DNA from: an uncultured Fibrobacterota bacterium
GTDB lineage: Bacteria; Fibrobacterota; Chitinivibrionia; Chitinivibrionales; FEN-1185
Assembly: GCA_963729895.1 (NCBI GenBank)
Contig: CAVSQB010000012.1
Coordinates: forward strand, 75,998 to 139,997
Length of the DNA stretch: 64,000 nucleotides
Direction: 5' to 3'
The notes below the pieces were generated by a model. That model ran no database searches. It was not told the DNA's origin and saw only the letters and a list, made by a program, of their open reading frames with translations. Both the position numbers and the translations under genes were made by a program. Below, piece by piece: positions 39,047 to 47,740 of this stretch (positions are counted from its first letter, which is position 1; each line of letters begins with the position of its first letter).

Positions 39047-40060
39047 TCATAGTTTCTTGAGAATGGAAGCGTAGTCCTCTTCATTGACCGTATGGTCGAA
39101 CTGGATCCGGACGGTCCCGGAAGCGGTATCGTGATGGATTTCCCGCGCGGAAAGGGAAATACCGCCTATTTCGAAGGGATCGTAATGCCACTCGAAGGTA
39201 CCGTCGTATTTGAAAAGCATGCCTTTTGGCGAAATATTGATGAGGAACACCGGAAGAACGCGCTCTCCGAACATGAGCGACGTGTGCTTTTCGACAAGCC
39301 GGCGTTCGTGGGCCCTGGTTGATGTTGCGGTGAGGAGCTGCACCAGTTCCGCAATCTGCTTTTCGCCCAGCGCGTTTTTGAAAATGATCCTGCAGTTCTT
39401 GTGCTTGAGGTCGTTGAACAACAGCTCGGCGCCTATGGACAGATCGTTGATTTTCACGACCACATCCGGTGCGTCGAAAAGCCCGTCGTAATAGAACATC
39501 ATTCCCTTTTGGGAAATATTAACGATATAAGCCCGGATGTCTTTGCCGTTGAGGTTGATATTATTGTATCTGCCGATGTTGTGACGGGGGTATTTCCGGT
39601 CGTCCACCTGCGACCTGGTGAGTTCTTCCTTGATGGCGTGGATCATGGAATCGATGTTGGTCTTCATCTTCTCCTTGAGAATATGACCGAGCACCTCCTC
39701 GATAACCGGAATGCCGAGATTGTAATCGATGGTGAAGTAAATCTTAATGCCTTCGTTCTGGAAATCCTCGACTTTCCATTTGCCGTTGATATTTTCAAAA
39801 TCGCCGTCTATGGATTCGAACCGCAGCTCATGGTTGTCGCTATCGTAAAAGTCGCGTTCCACCCATCTGAGGGGCGCTTCCTCCACCGTGACGAACCATT
39901 CCGACTTCCCTTCCGTGGCGGATTTCTCCAGGATGTTCACCCGGTCGACGTTTTCCATAAACGCTTCGTACCGCGAATAATCGGAAATGATGGTCCAGGC
40001 GAATTCTTTTCGCACCTTGCCCTTGAGAATCGCTTCGGTGGAGACTCGTTCGTATCCCAT
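39047..40060 (-). CDS. SRPBCC/START (cyclase-like) domain fused to two PilZ-like domains
   Basis: W.IISD.SRY..FMENV..V.ILE, GDFENI.GKW; then DRKYPR..NISQKGM and RAHER..NISPKGM (RxxxR / NxSxxG). Confidence 0.75.
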   Translation of the reverse strand: MGYERVSTEAILKGKVRKEFAWTIISDYSRYEAFMENVDRVNILEKSATEGKSEWFVTVEEAPLRWVERDFYDSDNHELRFESIDGDFENINGKWKVEDFQNEGIKIYFTIDYNLGIPVIEEVLGHILKEKMKTNIDSMIHAIKEELTRSQVDDRKYPRHNIGRYNNINLNGKDIRAYIVNISQKGMMFYYDGLFDAPDVVVKINDLSIGAELLFNDLKHKNCRIIFKNALGEKQIAELVQLLTATSTRAHERRLVEKHTSLMFGERVLPVFLINISPKGMLFKYDGTFEWHYDPFEIGGISLSAREIHHDTASGTVRIQFDHTVNEEDYASILKKL

Positions 40061-40063
40061 TCG

Positions 40064-41164
40064 TCAGGAACCCTCGTGGTTCTTTACCGTGTAAACAAAG
40101 CTGGTTTGCGGAATATCTTTGTCGCTTTCAACCCGTATTCCTCCGCCCATTGCCTCGACGGCCATTTTACTGAAAGTCAATCCAAGACCGAAATTGCGGA
40201 TGCCGGCGGACTGTTCCACCATTTGGACGCTTGAAAATTTGTCGAAGATGGCCTCGCGATGGATTTCATCGATAAAAGACCCGGTGTTGCTGACCGTCGT
40301 TTGCACGAAGCCCTTTTGCGCTTCACAAAATGTGACGGCAATTGCGCCCTTTTCCGGCGTGTACCGCATCGCGTTGGAAACAACGTTGAAAAGGACTCTC
40401 GCGAACAGGTCTTTGTCCGACACAAGGAAAGTGGGGGTGTTTTCCTCGAATAGAACGTTGAAAGTCTTGTTGGAAGATACCATTTGCTGATGCAAAGGGG
40501 CAAGTGTGGCGTCAACATTCTGCCGCAGCGGAAATTTTTCCCTGGAAGGAGCAAACGACCCGGCTTCGAATTTCACGACTCCCAGGATGTTTCCCACCAT
40601 GATTCTCATCTGCAGGACGCCCGCATTGCACGTTGAAATAATCCGCTGTTGGGAGTCGGAAAGCGTCTTGGGCAGATATGTTTTGGAAAGCTCCCACGCC
40701 CCGGAAATAATCTGGAGCGGATTCTTGAGGTCGTGGATGAGAATGCCGAAGTAGAGTTCGTTGAGCCTGGCCAGGTTCTTTTTTGCAAGGACTTCCGGAA
40801 TCTTCTTCAAAAAGTCCTTTTCGTTGAACGGCTTGGTGAGATAATCCGCCGCGCCCTTTTTCATGCATTCGAGGCCGGTGGAAAGCGTGTCGTGCGAGGT
40901 AAACATCATCACCTGGACGCATTTGAAGCGCTGGCGTATTTCCGGCAGGATCTCGATGCCGGTCTTCCCGGCGCCAAGATTGATATCCAGGAGAACAACA
41001 TCGGTTTCCGGGTGAGCTTCGAGGAAGAGGAGTCCTTCCTGTGCGTCGAGCGCATAGCTGGCTGCGAATCCCACGGTTTCAAGCAACCCGCACACGCCTA
41101 TGCAAATTGCCATTTCGTCGTCGATAAGGAGGATGTGTGCGCGGGGCTGGGCTTGGTTTGGCAT
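40064..41164 (-). CDS. Hybrid response regulator - histidine kinase (REC-HisKA-HATPase)
   Basis: ILLIDDE, VLLDI, DYLTKPF; HDLKNPL, NVVSNAMRY, GLGLTFS. Confidence 0.9.
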   Translation of the reverse strand: MPNQAQPRAHILLIDDEMAICIGVCGLLETVGFAASYALDAQEGLLFLEAHPETDVVLLDINLGAGKTGIEILPEIRQRFKCVQVMMFTSHDTLSTGLECMKKGAADYLTKPFNEKDFLKKIPEVLAKKNLARLNELYFGILIHDLKNPLQIISGAWELSKTYLPKTLSDSQQRIISTCNAGVLQMRIMVGNILGVVKFEAGSFAPSREKFPLRQNVDATLAPLHQQMVSSNKTFNVLFEENTPTFLVSDKDLFARVLFNVVSNAMRYTPEKGAIAVTFCEAQKGFVQTTVSNTGSFIDEIHREAIFDKFSSVQMVEQSAGIRNFGLGLTFSKMAVEAMGGGIRVESDKDIPQTSFVYTVKNHEGS

Positions 41165-41492
41165 GATGGCACCGGTACCTTTCACTGGTTTTACCAATTG
41201 GGCTTTTTTTAATATACTATAAGGCGTCTTTCGGTATCATCTTGTCAGTCAACAGCACACAAAGGCCGGCGTGCGTTGCCAACCCGGGCTTGCAATAGCG
41301 CTGCCGGAATTTTAGTATGACGTCCGCCAAAGGCATTTCTTAATTTTATGATTGGGTTTATCTCATGGAGTCCGGCCCATTCGTGATTTCCTGCGGAGAA
41401 ACCAGGCATCAGGATTGCTGATAAATGTGTCGAGGCAGCCGGCTTGCCGTTCCGGCCCAAGTCGCTCCAGGCACCTCACAGAGGAAGTTGCC

Positions 41493-42392
41493 ATGAAAAT
41501 TGCTGCAATCCCTATGGCAATTGTCGTGCTTGCAACAGGGGCTTTCTCCGACCAGTTTTGGCACGTGTATGGAGACAACGGTGCGGAAATCTCCTCGTAC
41601 AAAACAATCCAACCCCGCTATGGCGAATTGCGTAAGGCTTTCACCGTACTGGTCTTTGTCCCGGAAGTAATCCATACAAGCACGAGGATCAAGGTTGAGG
41701 ATTTCGGAAAATCAATGCCCGATGACCGGATCCAAACTGTCAAGCTCAACAGGGTCCTTCGGTTCACCACAGGCATCTACGACTATGCCGCGATGACGTC
41801 GACGTTCGCCGCGCTCGGCCCGGCGCTTGGGAGGCCGGCATTCTACCCGCTCAAGATCTCCATTTCGGTTACGGAATGGTGCGGCAACTTTTTTGAAGAC
41901 CTGGTGACGGACGGGAAAGGCGCGCACCGGAACATGCACTCCTATTTTGAAGCCGAGGGTGACAAACTGGACTATATTCCCGCCGCGGAAAACGACTTGT
42001 ATGAAGACGACATCCCGGTGCTTATCCGTGAATTTGAGGGTGAGTTCATGCATAACGGCGGCAAAAAGGAATTCAACATCATGCCCGCTCTCTGGCAATC
42101 GCGAATTACCCACGAGCCTCTCGCATATCAACGGGGCTGGATCAAGAAGGAAGAAGCATCGCTGGCGGAAAATGGCACATCGATACTCACGTACAAGTGG
42201 ACGTGGCAGGTTGGCGCACGGACCGAAGAATACTGGGTTGAAAAATCCTATCCGCACCATATCCTCAAATGGAAGGGCTCCGACGGCGAGCAAGGCGAAC
42301 TTATGCACACCGACATACTACCCTACTGGGTCCTTCATGCGAACAAAGATCTGGGCATGAGAAAGGAATTCGGGCTGCCGGAAGTGCCCTGA
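41493..42392 (+). CDS. Conserved secreted hypothetical protein (family found next to DUF547/TIGR04283 genes)
   Basis: Signal peptide; AEISSY...RYGE.R, KLN...F.TGIYDY, EWCG, HSYFEAE. Confidence 0.6.
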   Translation: MKIAAIPMAIVVLATGAFSDQFWHVYGDNGAEISSYKTIQPRYGELRKAFTVLVFVPEVIHTSTRIKVEDFGKSMPDDRIQTVKLNRVLRFTTGIYDYAAMTSTFAALGPALGRPAFYPLKISISVTEWCGNFFEDLVTDGKGAHRNMHSYFEAEGDKLDYIPAAENDLYEDDIPVLIREFEGEFMHNGGKKEFNIMPALWQSRITHEPLAYQRGWIKKEEASLAENGTSILTYKWTWQVGARTEEYWVEKSYPHHILKWKGSDGEQGELMHTDILPYWVLHANKDLGMRKEFGLPEVP

Positions 42393-42481
42393 CGGGTGTA
42401 ATCCGTGCGGCGCGAAGATAAGTACGAATGACTGCACAATGTGTCAGCGCATCGAGAGCGGGAGAAATCGGCAGGCGTGCG

Positions 42482-43201
42482 ATGAACAAGGCACTATGCG
42501 TCCTGGTCGCTTTGTGGCTTACTCAGGAAATTGCCTGGGCTTTCGACAAACAATATCCTGCGTACAACGCATTTCTCAAGGACTATGTTTGTAACGGCGG
42601 TGTTGCATACAAAAGGATAAAAGCCGTTCTTCTCGACAGCGTGGGCCGTGAATTGTCGAGCCTCACTCCTCCGGAATACAACGAATTTTCGGCCAACGAC
42701 AAAATTGCCTATTGCATCAACGTCTACAACTTTTACACAATCGTCCTGATCACGCGGCACTATCCCCTCAAGAAGGGGATCCGGGACATACGCGACCCCT
42801 GGGGCCAACCGTTTGTACCCTTCCTGGGCACAACGGCATCCCTCGACCACCTTGAACACGATGTTCTTAGAAAGCAATTTCGAGAGCCGCGGATTCATTG
42901 TGCCCTTGTGTGCGCGTCAAAAAGCTGCCCTGCCCTTTTGTCACATGCGTTCACCGGAGACAAGCTCGACGCTCAGCTGCGGGCGGCCGCCCGCAGCTTC
43001 CTGAGCGATACCTCAAAGAACCGGCTCAAGGGCACTGTCTTCTTCCTGTCGCAGATATTCGAGTGGTACGGCAAGGATTTCGCGGCCATGCCCGGCGGCT
43101 TTGCGGGGTTCGTTTCCGAGGTACTCGGCGTCCGCCCCGGATTCAGCGTGCGGTTCATTCCCTACGACTGGTCCCTCAATGAGGTTGATAAGTGCAACTA
43201 G
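42482..43201 (+). CDS. DUF547 domain protein
   Basis: AY.IN.YN..TI, EPRIHCALVCASKSCP.L, SQIFEWY.KDF, YDWSLN. Confidence 0.9.
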   Translation: MNKALCVLVALWLTQEIAWAFDKQYPAYNAFLKDYVCNGGVAYKRIKAVLLDSVGRELSSLTPPEYNEFSANDKIAYCINVYNFYTIVLITRHYPLKKGIRDIRDPWGQPFVPFLGTTASLDHLEHDVLRKQFREPRIHCALVCASKSCPALLSHAFTGDKLDAQLRAAARSFLSDTSKNRLKGTVFFLSQIFEWYGKDFAAMPGGFAGFVSEVLGVRPGFSVRFIPYDWSLNEVDKCN

Positions 43202-45096
43202 ACTGCGTCACCTTCTTTGTCCCCTACTGCGCCGTGTTTATCCTGATGGTGCTTGCGTGGCGGTTCTGGCCCAGATCGTGGGGCATCGTGCACCTTGGTT
43301 TCCTGTCCCTTGTGCTTCGCGCGGCGGCAGTGTGGGTCCTTCCGGCGAGCGACGACGTCGCCCGATATATATGGGAGGGAAGAATTCAGAACAGCGGATA
43401 TAATCCGTACGAGCATGCGCCTTCCGACCCGCGGCTGGCTTCTTTGCGCGACGAAAACTGGTCCCGCATCAACCATAAGGACAGAGCGGCAGTATACGGG
43501 CCCTTGGCCGAACTTGGGTTCAGGATATGCGCATCAATCAACCAGTCGCCCCTGTTCTTCAAGGCCGTCTTTGTCCTGTTCGACCTCGGCACTCTTTTCT
43601 TCCTGATTCTCCTGGCGCGAACCTGGTCCATGGAAATTCGCCATGTGGCCTTGTATGCGCTCAACCCGCTGGTCCTGTTTCTTGGCGCCGGACAAGGCCA
43701 TCTCGAAAGTGTACTGGTCTTCTGGATCGCGGGCATGCTTTACTTCCTGCGAAAGCAGCGATTTCCCCTTATGTTCCTTTTCCTGGGCATGGCGCTGGCC
43801 ATCAAGCTTTCTCCTCTTTTCTTGCTGCCCGTTGTCGTCAACCGCAGGAATGCGCCCGCCTCACCGTTTGTTGTGCTCCCCCTCGCCTTGTACATTCCCT
43901 ATGCTTCACACGGAATTTCCTTCATGAGCGGTCCGGTGCTTTTTGCCGCGGAATTCCATTTTAACGGTCTCGCTCCCACACTGCTTTCATTCTTTCTCCC
44001 GGGGAACAGCGGCTTATGGATGTCCTGGTTCGGGTTTGCAATCGTCCTCGGGCTTATTTATCTGCTTACGCCGAACCGCTTTCGTGCCGTGTATTATGCC
44101 ACATGCGCGTTTGTCATTTTCGTGCCGACGCTGCATCCCTGGTACCTGATGCTCCTTACCCCCTTTCTGGTATTCTATCGCTCCACCTCCTGGATCGTCT
44201 TGCATCTCACGATCAGTGCCGCATTGTTCGTCCAATTCCGCTATGCGCATACCGGGCTTTGGTACCAATCGTGGTATGTCTGGCTCATCGAGTACCTGCC
44301 GTTCGCGGGGGTTGCACTGGTTAACTTCCTCTCCGGCAAGGGAAACGATCCCGTGCGCTACGCCGATCCCCGAAGGCTTTCGATCATCATTCCAACGTTT
44401 AATGAAAAGGGCAACATACGCGCCTGCATCGATGCCGTTCCTAAGAACCCGGAAATGGCCACCGAAATCATTGTGGTTGACGGAGGTTCCACCGACGGCA
44501 CCGTTGAAGCAATGGCAACGCTACCCTTTGTCAATGTTGTCCGCTCCCCGCCCGGCCGCGGCATTCAAATAGCGAAGGGCATGGAGTCTGCCGCAGGAGA
44601 CGTCATTCTCGTGTTGCATGCCGACTCCCGCCCGGGCCCGGCCATTATTTCCTTGCTCGTGCGTTCGCTGCGCGAGCATCCGGACGCCTCAGGGGGTTCA
44701 TTTCGCGCCCGGTACGGCGGGTCCAGGCGACGGTATGCGCTTACGGCCTGCCTTAACAATATGCGCACTCTGTTCACCGGCATATCGTTCGGCGACCAAG
44801 GACAGTTTTTCCGCCGCGAGGCAATTAGCGATCGATTCCCGGCGCTCAAACTCATGGAAGACATTGAGCTGTCCTTTGTGCTCAAGGAATCCGGCAGCGT
44901 CCTGTTTCTTCCCAGCACCATCGAAAACTCCACCAGAAAATGGGAAAACAGCGGTTACATCGGGAATTTTCTTGCCGTTGTCCGGCTTTCGTTGGCGTAT
45001 GTTGTCAAAAGAAAATTCGCCCTGCTGTCCGGCGACTGCACGGAGTTCTACACACGGTACTACGGGCAGCCGAATCGGCCGGGAAAGGCACGGTAG
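43192..45096 (+). CDS. Fusion of membrane GT87/DUF2029-like glycosyltransferase with TIGR04283-like GT2
   Basis: SDDVARYIWEG..GYNPY, YALNPL, LHPWY; then SIIIPTFNE, VVDGGSTD, LHADS, FGDQGQF, LMED. Confidence 0.8.
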   Translation: MQLDCVTFFVPYCAVFILMVLAWRFWPRSWGIVHLGFLSLVLRAAAVWVLPASDDVARYIWEGRIQNSGYNPYEHAPSDPRLASLRDENWSRINHKDRAAVYGPLAELGFRICASINQSPLFFKAVFVLFDLGTLFFLILLARTWSMEIRHVALYALNPLVLFLGAGQGHLESVLVFWIAGMLYFLRKQRFPLMFLFLGMALAIKLSPLFLLPVVVNRRNAPASPFVVLPLALYIPYASHGISFMSGPVLFAAEFHFNGLAPTLLSFFLPGNSGLWMSWFGFAIVLGLIYLLTPNRFRAVYYATCAFVIFVPTLHPWYLMLLTPFLVFYRSTSWIVLHLTISAALFVQFRYAHTGLWYQSWYVWLIEYLPFAGVALVNFLSGKGNDPVRYADPRRLSIIIPTFNEKGNIRACIDAVPKNPEMATEIIVVDGGSTDGTVEAMATLPFVNVVRSPPGRGIQIAKGMESAAGDVILVLHADSRPGPAIISLLVRSLREHPDASGGSFRARYGGSRRRYALTACLNNMRTLFTGISFGDQGQFFRREAISDRFPALKLMEDIELSFVLKESGSVLFLPSTIENSTRKWENSGYIGNFLAVVRLSLAYVVKRKFALLSGDCTEFYTRYYGQPNRPGKAR

Positions 45097-45098
45097 AG

Positions 45099-45770
45099 AT
45101 GCGGGCGCGATCGTCAACCGTTGTCTTCGCGAAGGTTCCGGTTCCCGGGACCGTCAAAACGCGCATCGCGGCGACGCACCGCCAGGCAATCGCGCTTTCG
45201 ATCTACAAACGCCTCCTGCGGCACACGGCACTGGCTCTTGCGCCGGTCAGCCATCATGTCGCATTCACCGGCGCGAAATCGCCGGCAGGGCTGCAAAGCG
45301 TTTTCCGGTCTGCGGAATCGTTTTTCACCCAAACGGGACATGGGTTGGGCATGCGCCTCAAAAATGCCTTTACGCGCCTGGCCGAAGCCGGGATCGCACA
45401 TATCTGCGCCGTGGGTTGTGATTGCCCGGACCTCCTGTCCGGAGACATCCATAGGGCATTCGGCCTGTTGAATCAGGGGTGTGATGTCGTAATAGGCCCT
45501 GCGGAAGACGGGGGTTACTATCTTATAGCGTGCAAGGCCCCGTGCGTCGACATTTTTGACGTTGAAGGGTGGAGCTCGCCGCGGCTGCTGGAAAACACGA
45601 TTGCCGTCTGCAAACGCAGAAGGTACCGGCATGCGTTGCTGCAAGTAAAATACGACATAGACACAATGACCGACGTTGAGCGCTGGAAGCGCGAGCGCTC
45701 GGCAAAGCGACAACCTACTACTCAACGGCGGCGCGCCGGCGTCACGGGCCGCCAAAAGCCTGGCGCGTAA
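45099..45770 (+). CDS. TIGR04282/DUF2064-family glycosyltransferase-like protein
   Basis: FAKVP.PG.VKTRI, Q.G..LG.R, VG.DCP, VIGPAEDGGYYLI, DIDT..D. Confidence 0.88.
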   Translation: MRARSSTVVFAKVPVPGTVKTRIAATHRQAIALSIYKRLLRHTALALAPVSHHVAFTGAKSPAGLQSVFRSAESFFTQTGHGLGMRLKNAFTRLAEAGIAHICAVGCDCPDLLSGDIHRAFGLLNQGCDVVIGPAEDGGYYLIACKAPCVDIFDVEGWSSPRLLENTIAVCKRRRYRHALLQVKYDIDTMTDVERWKRERSAKRQPTTQRRRAGVTGRQKPGA

Positions 45771-45788
45771 ATGGTGAAAGGAGTCCGT

Positions 45789-46238
45789 ATGAAATCGTTG
45801 ATCTGCCTGACAAGTGTCGTCTGGTGCCTCATTCTCCTTTTGGGATGCTCCGCCTCGCGCCCCAAGAACCTTGGCGCGGCAGGCGGCAGGCTTGCGCCCT
45901 GCCCGCACTCTCCCAACTGCGTCTCCACGCAGGCCGCGGACGATGCCCACAGGATCCCGCCGCTTCCGTACACCGGTTCAAAGGAGCAGGCTATGGACAG
46001 GCTTGTCGTAGTTATCAATTCAATGCCGCGGACAAGAATTGTTACCAGGACCGACACCTACCTGTACGTCGAGTTCACCACTGCGCTCATGCGGTATGTC
46101 GACGACGTGGAGTTTTTCCTCGACGATTCAAAAAAGATACTGGATTTCAGGTCCGCATCGCGGATCGGCTACGGGGACATGGGCGTCAACCGCAAAAGAA
46201 TGGAGGAGGTAAGCAGACGCTTCCTCGCCGTCAAATAG
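45789..46238 (+). CDS. DUF1499 domain lipoprotein
   Basis: LLGC lipobox; LAPCP.SPNCVS.Q, YVDDVEF, RSASRIGY.D.GVNR.R. Confidence 0.9.
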   Translation: MKSLICLTSVVWCLILLLGCSASRPKNLGAAGGRLAPCPHSPNCVSTQAADDAHRIPPLPYTGSKEQAMDRLVVVINSMPRTRIVTRTDTYLYVEFTTALMRYVDDVEFFLDDSKKILDFRSASRIGYGDMGVNRKRMEEVSRRFLAVK

Positions 46239-46286
46239 CTGCCGCGCTCCTGCGGTCGTCCATTTGACCGCTATTGATAGAGGCTA

Positions 46287-46315
46287 TTGACATCCATTTT
46301 ACGGAATACTACAAT
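46287..46315 (+). promoter_or_regulatory. Sigma70-type promoter for response regulator / HD-GYP pair
   Basis: TTGACA-17 nt-TACAAT. Confidence 0.65.
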
Positions 46316-46413
46316 CAGTAGTCGGTGCGTCCGGTCCTGTCTTCTCTCGCGGGGGCCAAACCATGGACGTAATTCCTTTTATATATCGTATCTATCACAA
46401 GATGTACAGCCCC

Positions 46414-46791
46414 ATGAAAAAAATTCTTATAGTTGACGATAGCAAAGATATCAGGGAATTGGTTATCGCCACGCTGGACACAACGGAGTATAGAGTGTAC
46501 GAAGCGGCAAACGCCATGCGCGCGATAGAAATCGCCACCGCCGAAAAGCCCGACTTCATCATCATGGATGTGATGCTTGAAGGCAGCGTCAACGGCATCC
46601 AGGCGACCAAGGCCATCAAGAGCAATCCCCTTACGAGCCATTGCAAGGTAATCGTCCTCACCGGCACAAACGAGAGTTGGGTGCAAAAAGAAGCCATCGA
46701 GGCCGGGGCGGAGTCTTTCTTCATCAAGCCTTTTAGTCCGCTCGACCTGCTCCAGCGAGTGGAATCCATTACGCCCGGTTTGCACCGGTAA
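46414..46791 (+). CDS. Single-domain response regulator (CheY-like)
   Basis: ILIVDDS, PDFIIMD, VIVLT, KPFSP. Confidence 0.9.
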   Translation: MKKILIVDDSKDIRELVIATLDTTEYRVYEAANAMRAIEIATAEKPDFIIMDVMLEGSVNGIQATKAIKSNPLTSHCKVIVLTGTNESWVQKEAIEAGAESFFIKPFSPLDLLQRVESITPGLHR

Positions 46792-46807
46792 GCAAAAGGA
46801 CTTTCGC

Positions 46808-47620
46808 GTGCTGTTCAAATCCGCGGGAACGCGGGCGCTCAAGAAAGAGCTCCAACTGGCTTCCTCTCAGTCAATCAGGTACGCCCACGATTTTGCGCAG
46901 CTCTACAAGGAAACCAAAAAGCAGAAGAACGAACTTGCGGCCGCCAACCGTCAGCTCAAGAAATACGCCCAGGACCTGCAAAAGAACATCTCTCTTCTCA
47001 AGTCGGTGAACAACGAATTGCAGGAGGCATACTACGATACGGTGCACCGCCTGGTGCTGGCCGTGGAATACAAAGACCAGTTTACCGGCCGGCACATCGT
47101 TCGCATGAGCCGCTACAGCGCGCTCATCGCCGAAAAAATGGGTCTTCCCGAGCACGATGTTCTTACCATTTTGTGCGCGGCGCCTATGCACGATGTCGGG
47201 AAAATAGGGATCCCGGACCATATCATTTCTTCGCCGAACAGATTGACGCAGGATGAATTCAGTATTATGAAGCGACACACCGTAATCGGCGCGGAAATCC
47301 TTGCAAACGCGAAATCGCAGATACTATGCCTGGCGGGACAAATTGCCCTTACCCACCACGAAAGATGGGATGGCACCGGCTATCCCCGGGGGCTCGCAGG
47401 CGATGCTATTCCTCTCGCGGGCAGAATTGTCGCTCTTGCGGACACATTCGACGCGCTTACCTCGAAACGATCCTACAAAGACCCGTTTCCCGTTGACCAC
47501 GCCGCTGAAGTCATAAAGAAAGAAAAAGGCAGACAGTTTGATCCTCGGGTTGTTGATGCGTTTCTCGGCAGCCTTGACCAAATCGTCAAGATCAGCTCCG
47601 AAGTGGAGTTGGCCCGCTGA
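46808..47620 (+). CDS. HD-GYP cyclic-di-GMP phosphodiesterase with N-terminal coiled coil
   Basis: TGRH..R, HDVGKIGIPD, HHERWDGTGYP.GL.G..IP, AD.FDAL, FDP. Confidence 0.9.
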   Translation: MLFKSAGTRALKKELQLASSQSIRYAHDFAQLYKETKKQKNELAAANRQLKKYAQDLQKNISLLKSVNNELQEAYYDTVHRLVLAVEYKDQFTGRHIVRMSRYSALIAEKMGLPEHDVLTILCAAPMHDVGKIGIPDHIISSPNRLTQDEFSIMKRHTVIGAEILANAKSQILCLAGQIALTHHERWDGTGYPRGLAGDAIPLAGRIVALADTFDALTSKRSYKDPFPVDHAAEVIKKEKGRQFDPRVVDAFLGSLDQIVKISSEVELAR

Positions 47621-47740
47621 CCTTCCCATCCGGACCCTTTCCCGCACCGGATTGCCCCGCAATGTTTCATGCGCGCCACGTTACCTGAGCGGTTTGCAAA
47701 CGCTTTGACCTGACGCCCCGTATCATGTATTATTGGTTAT

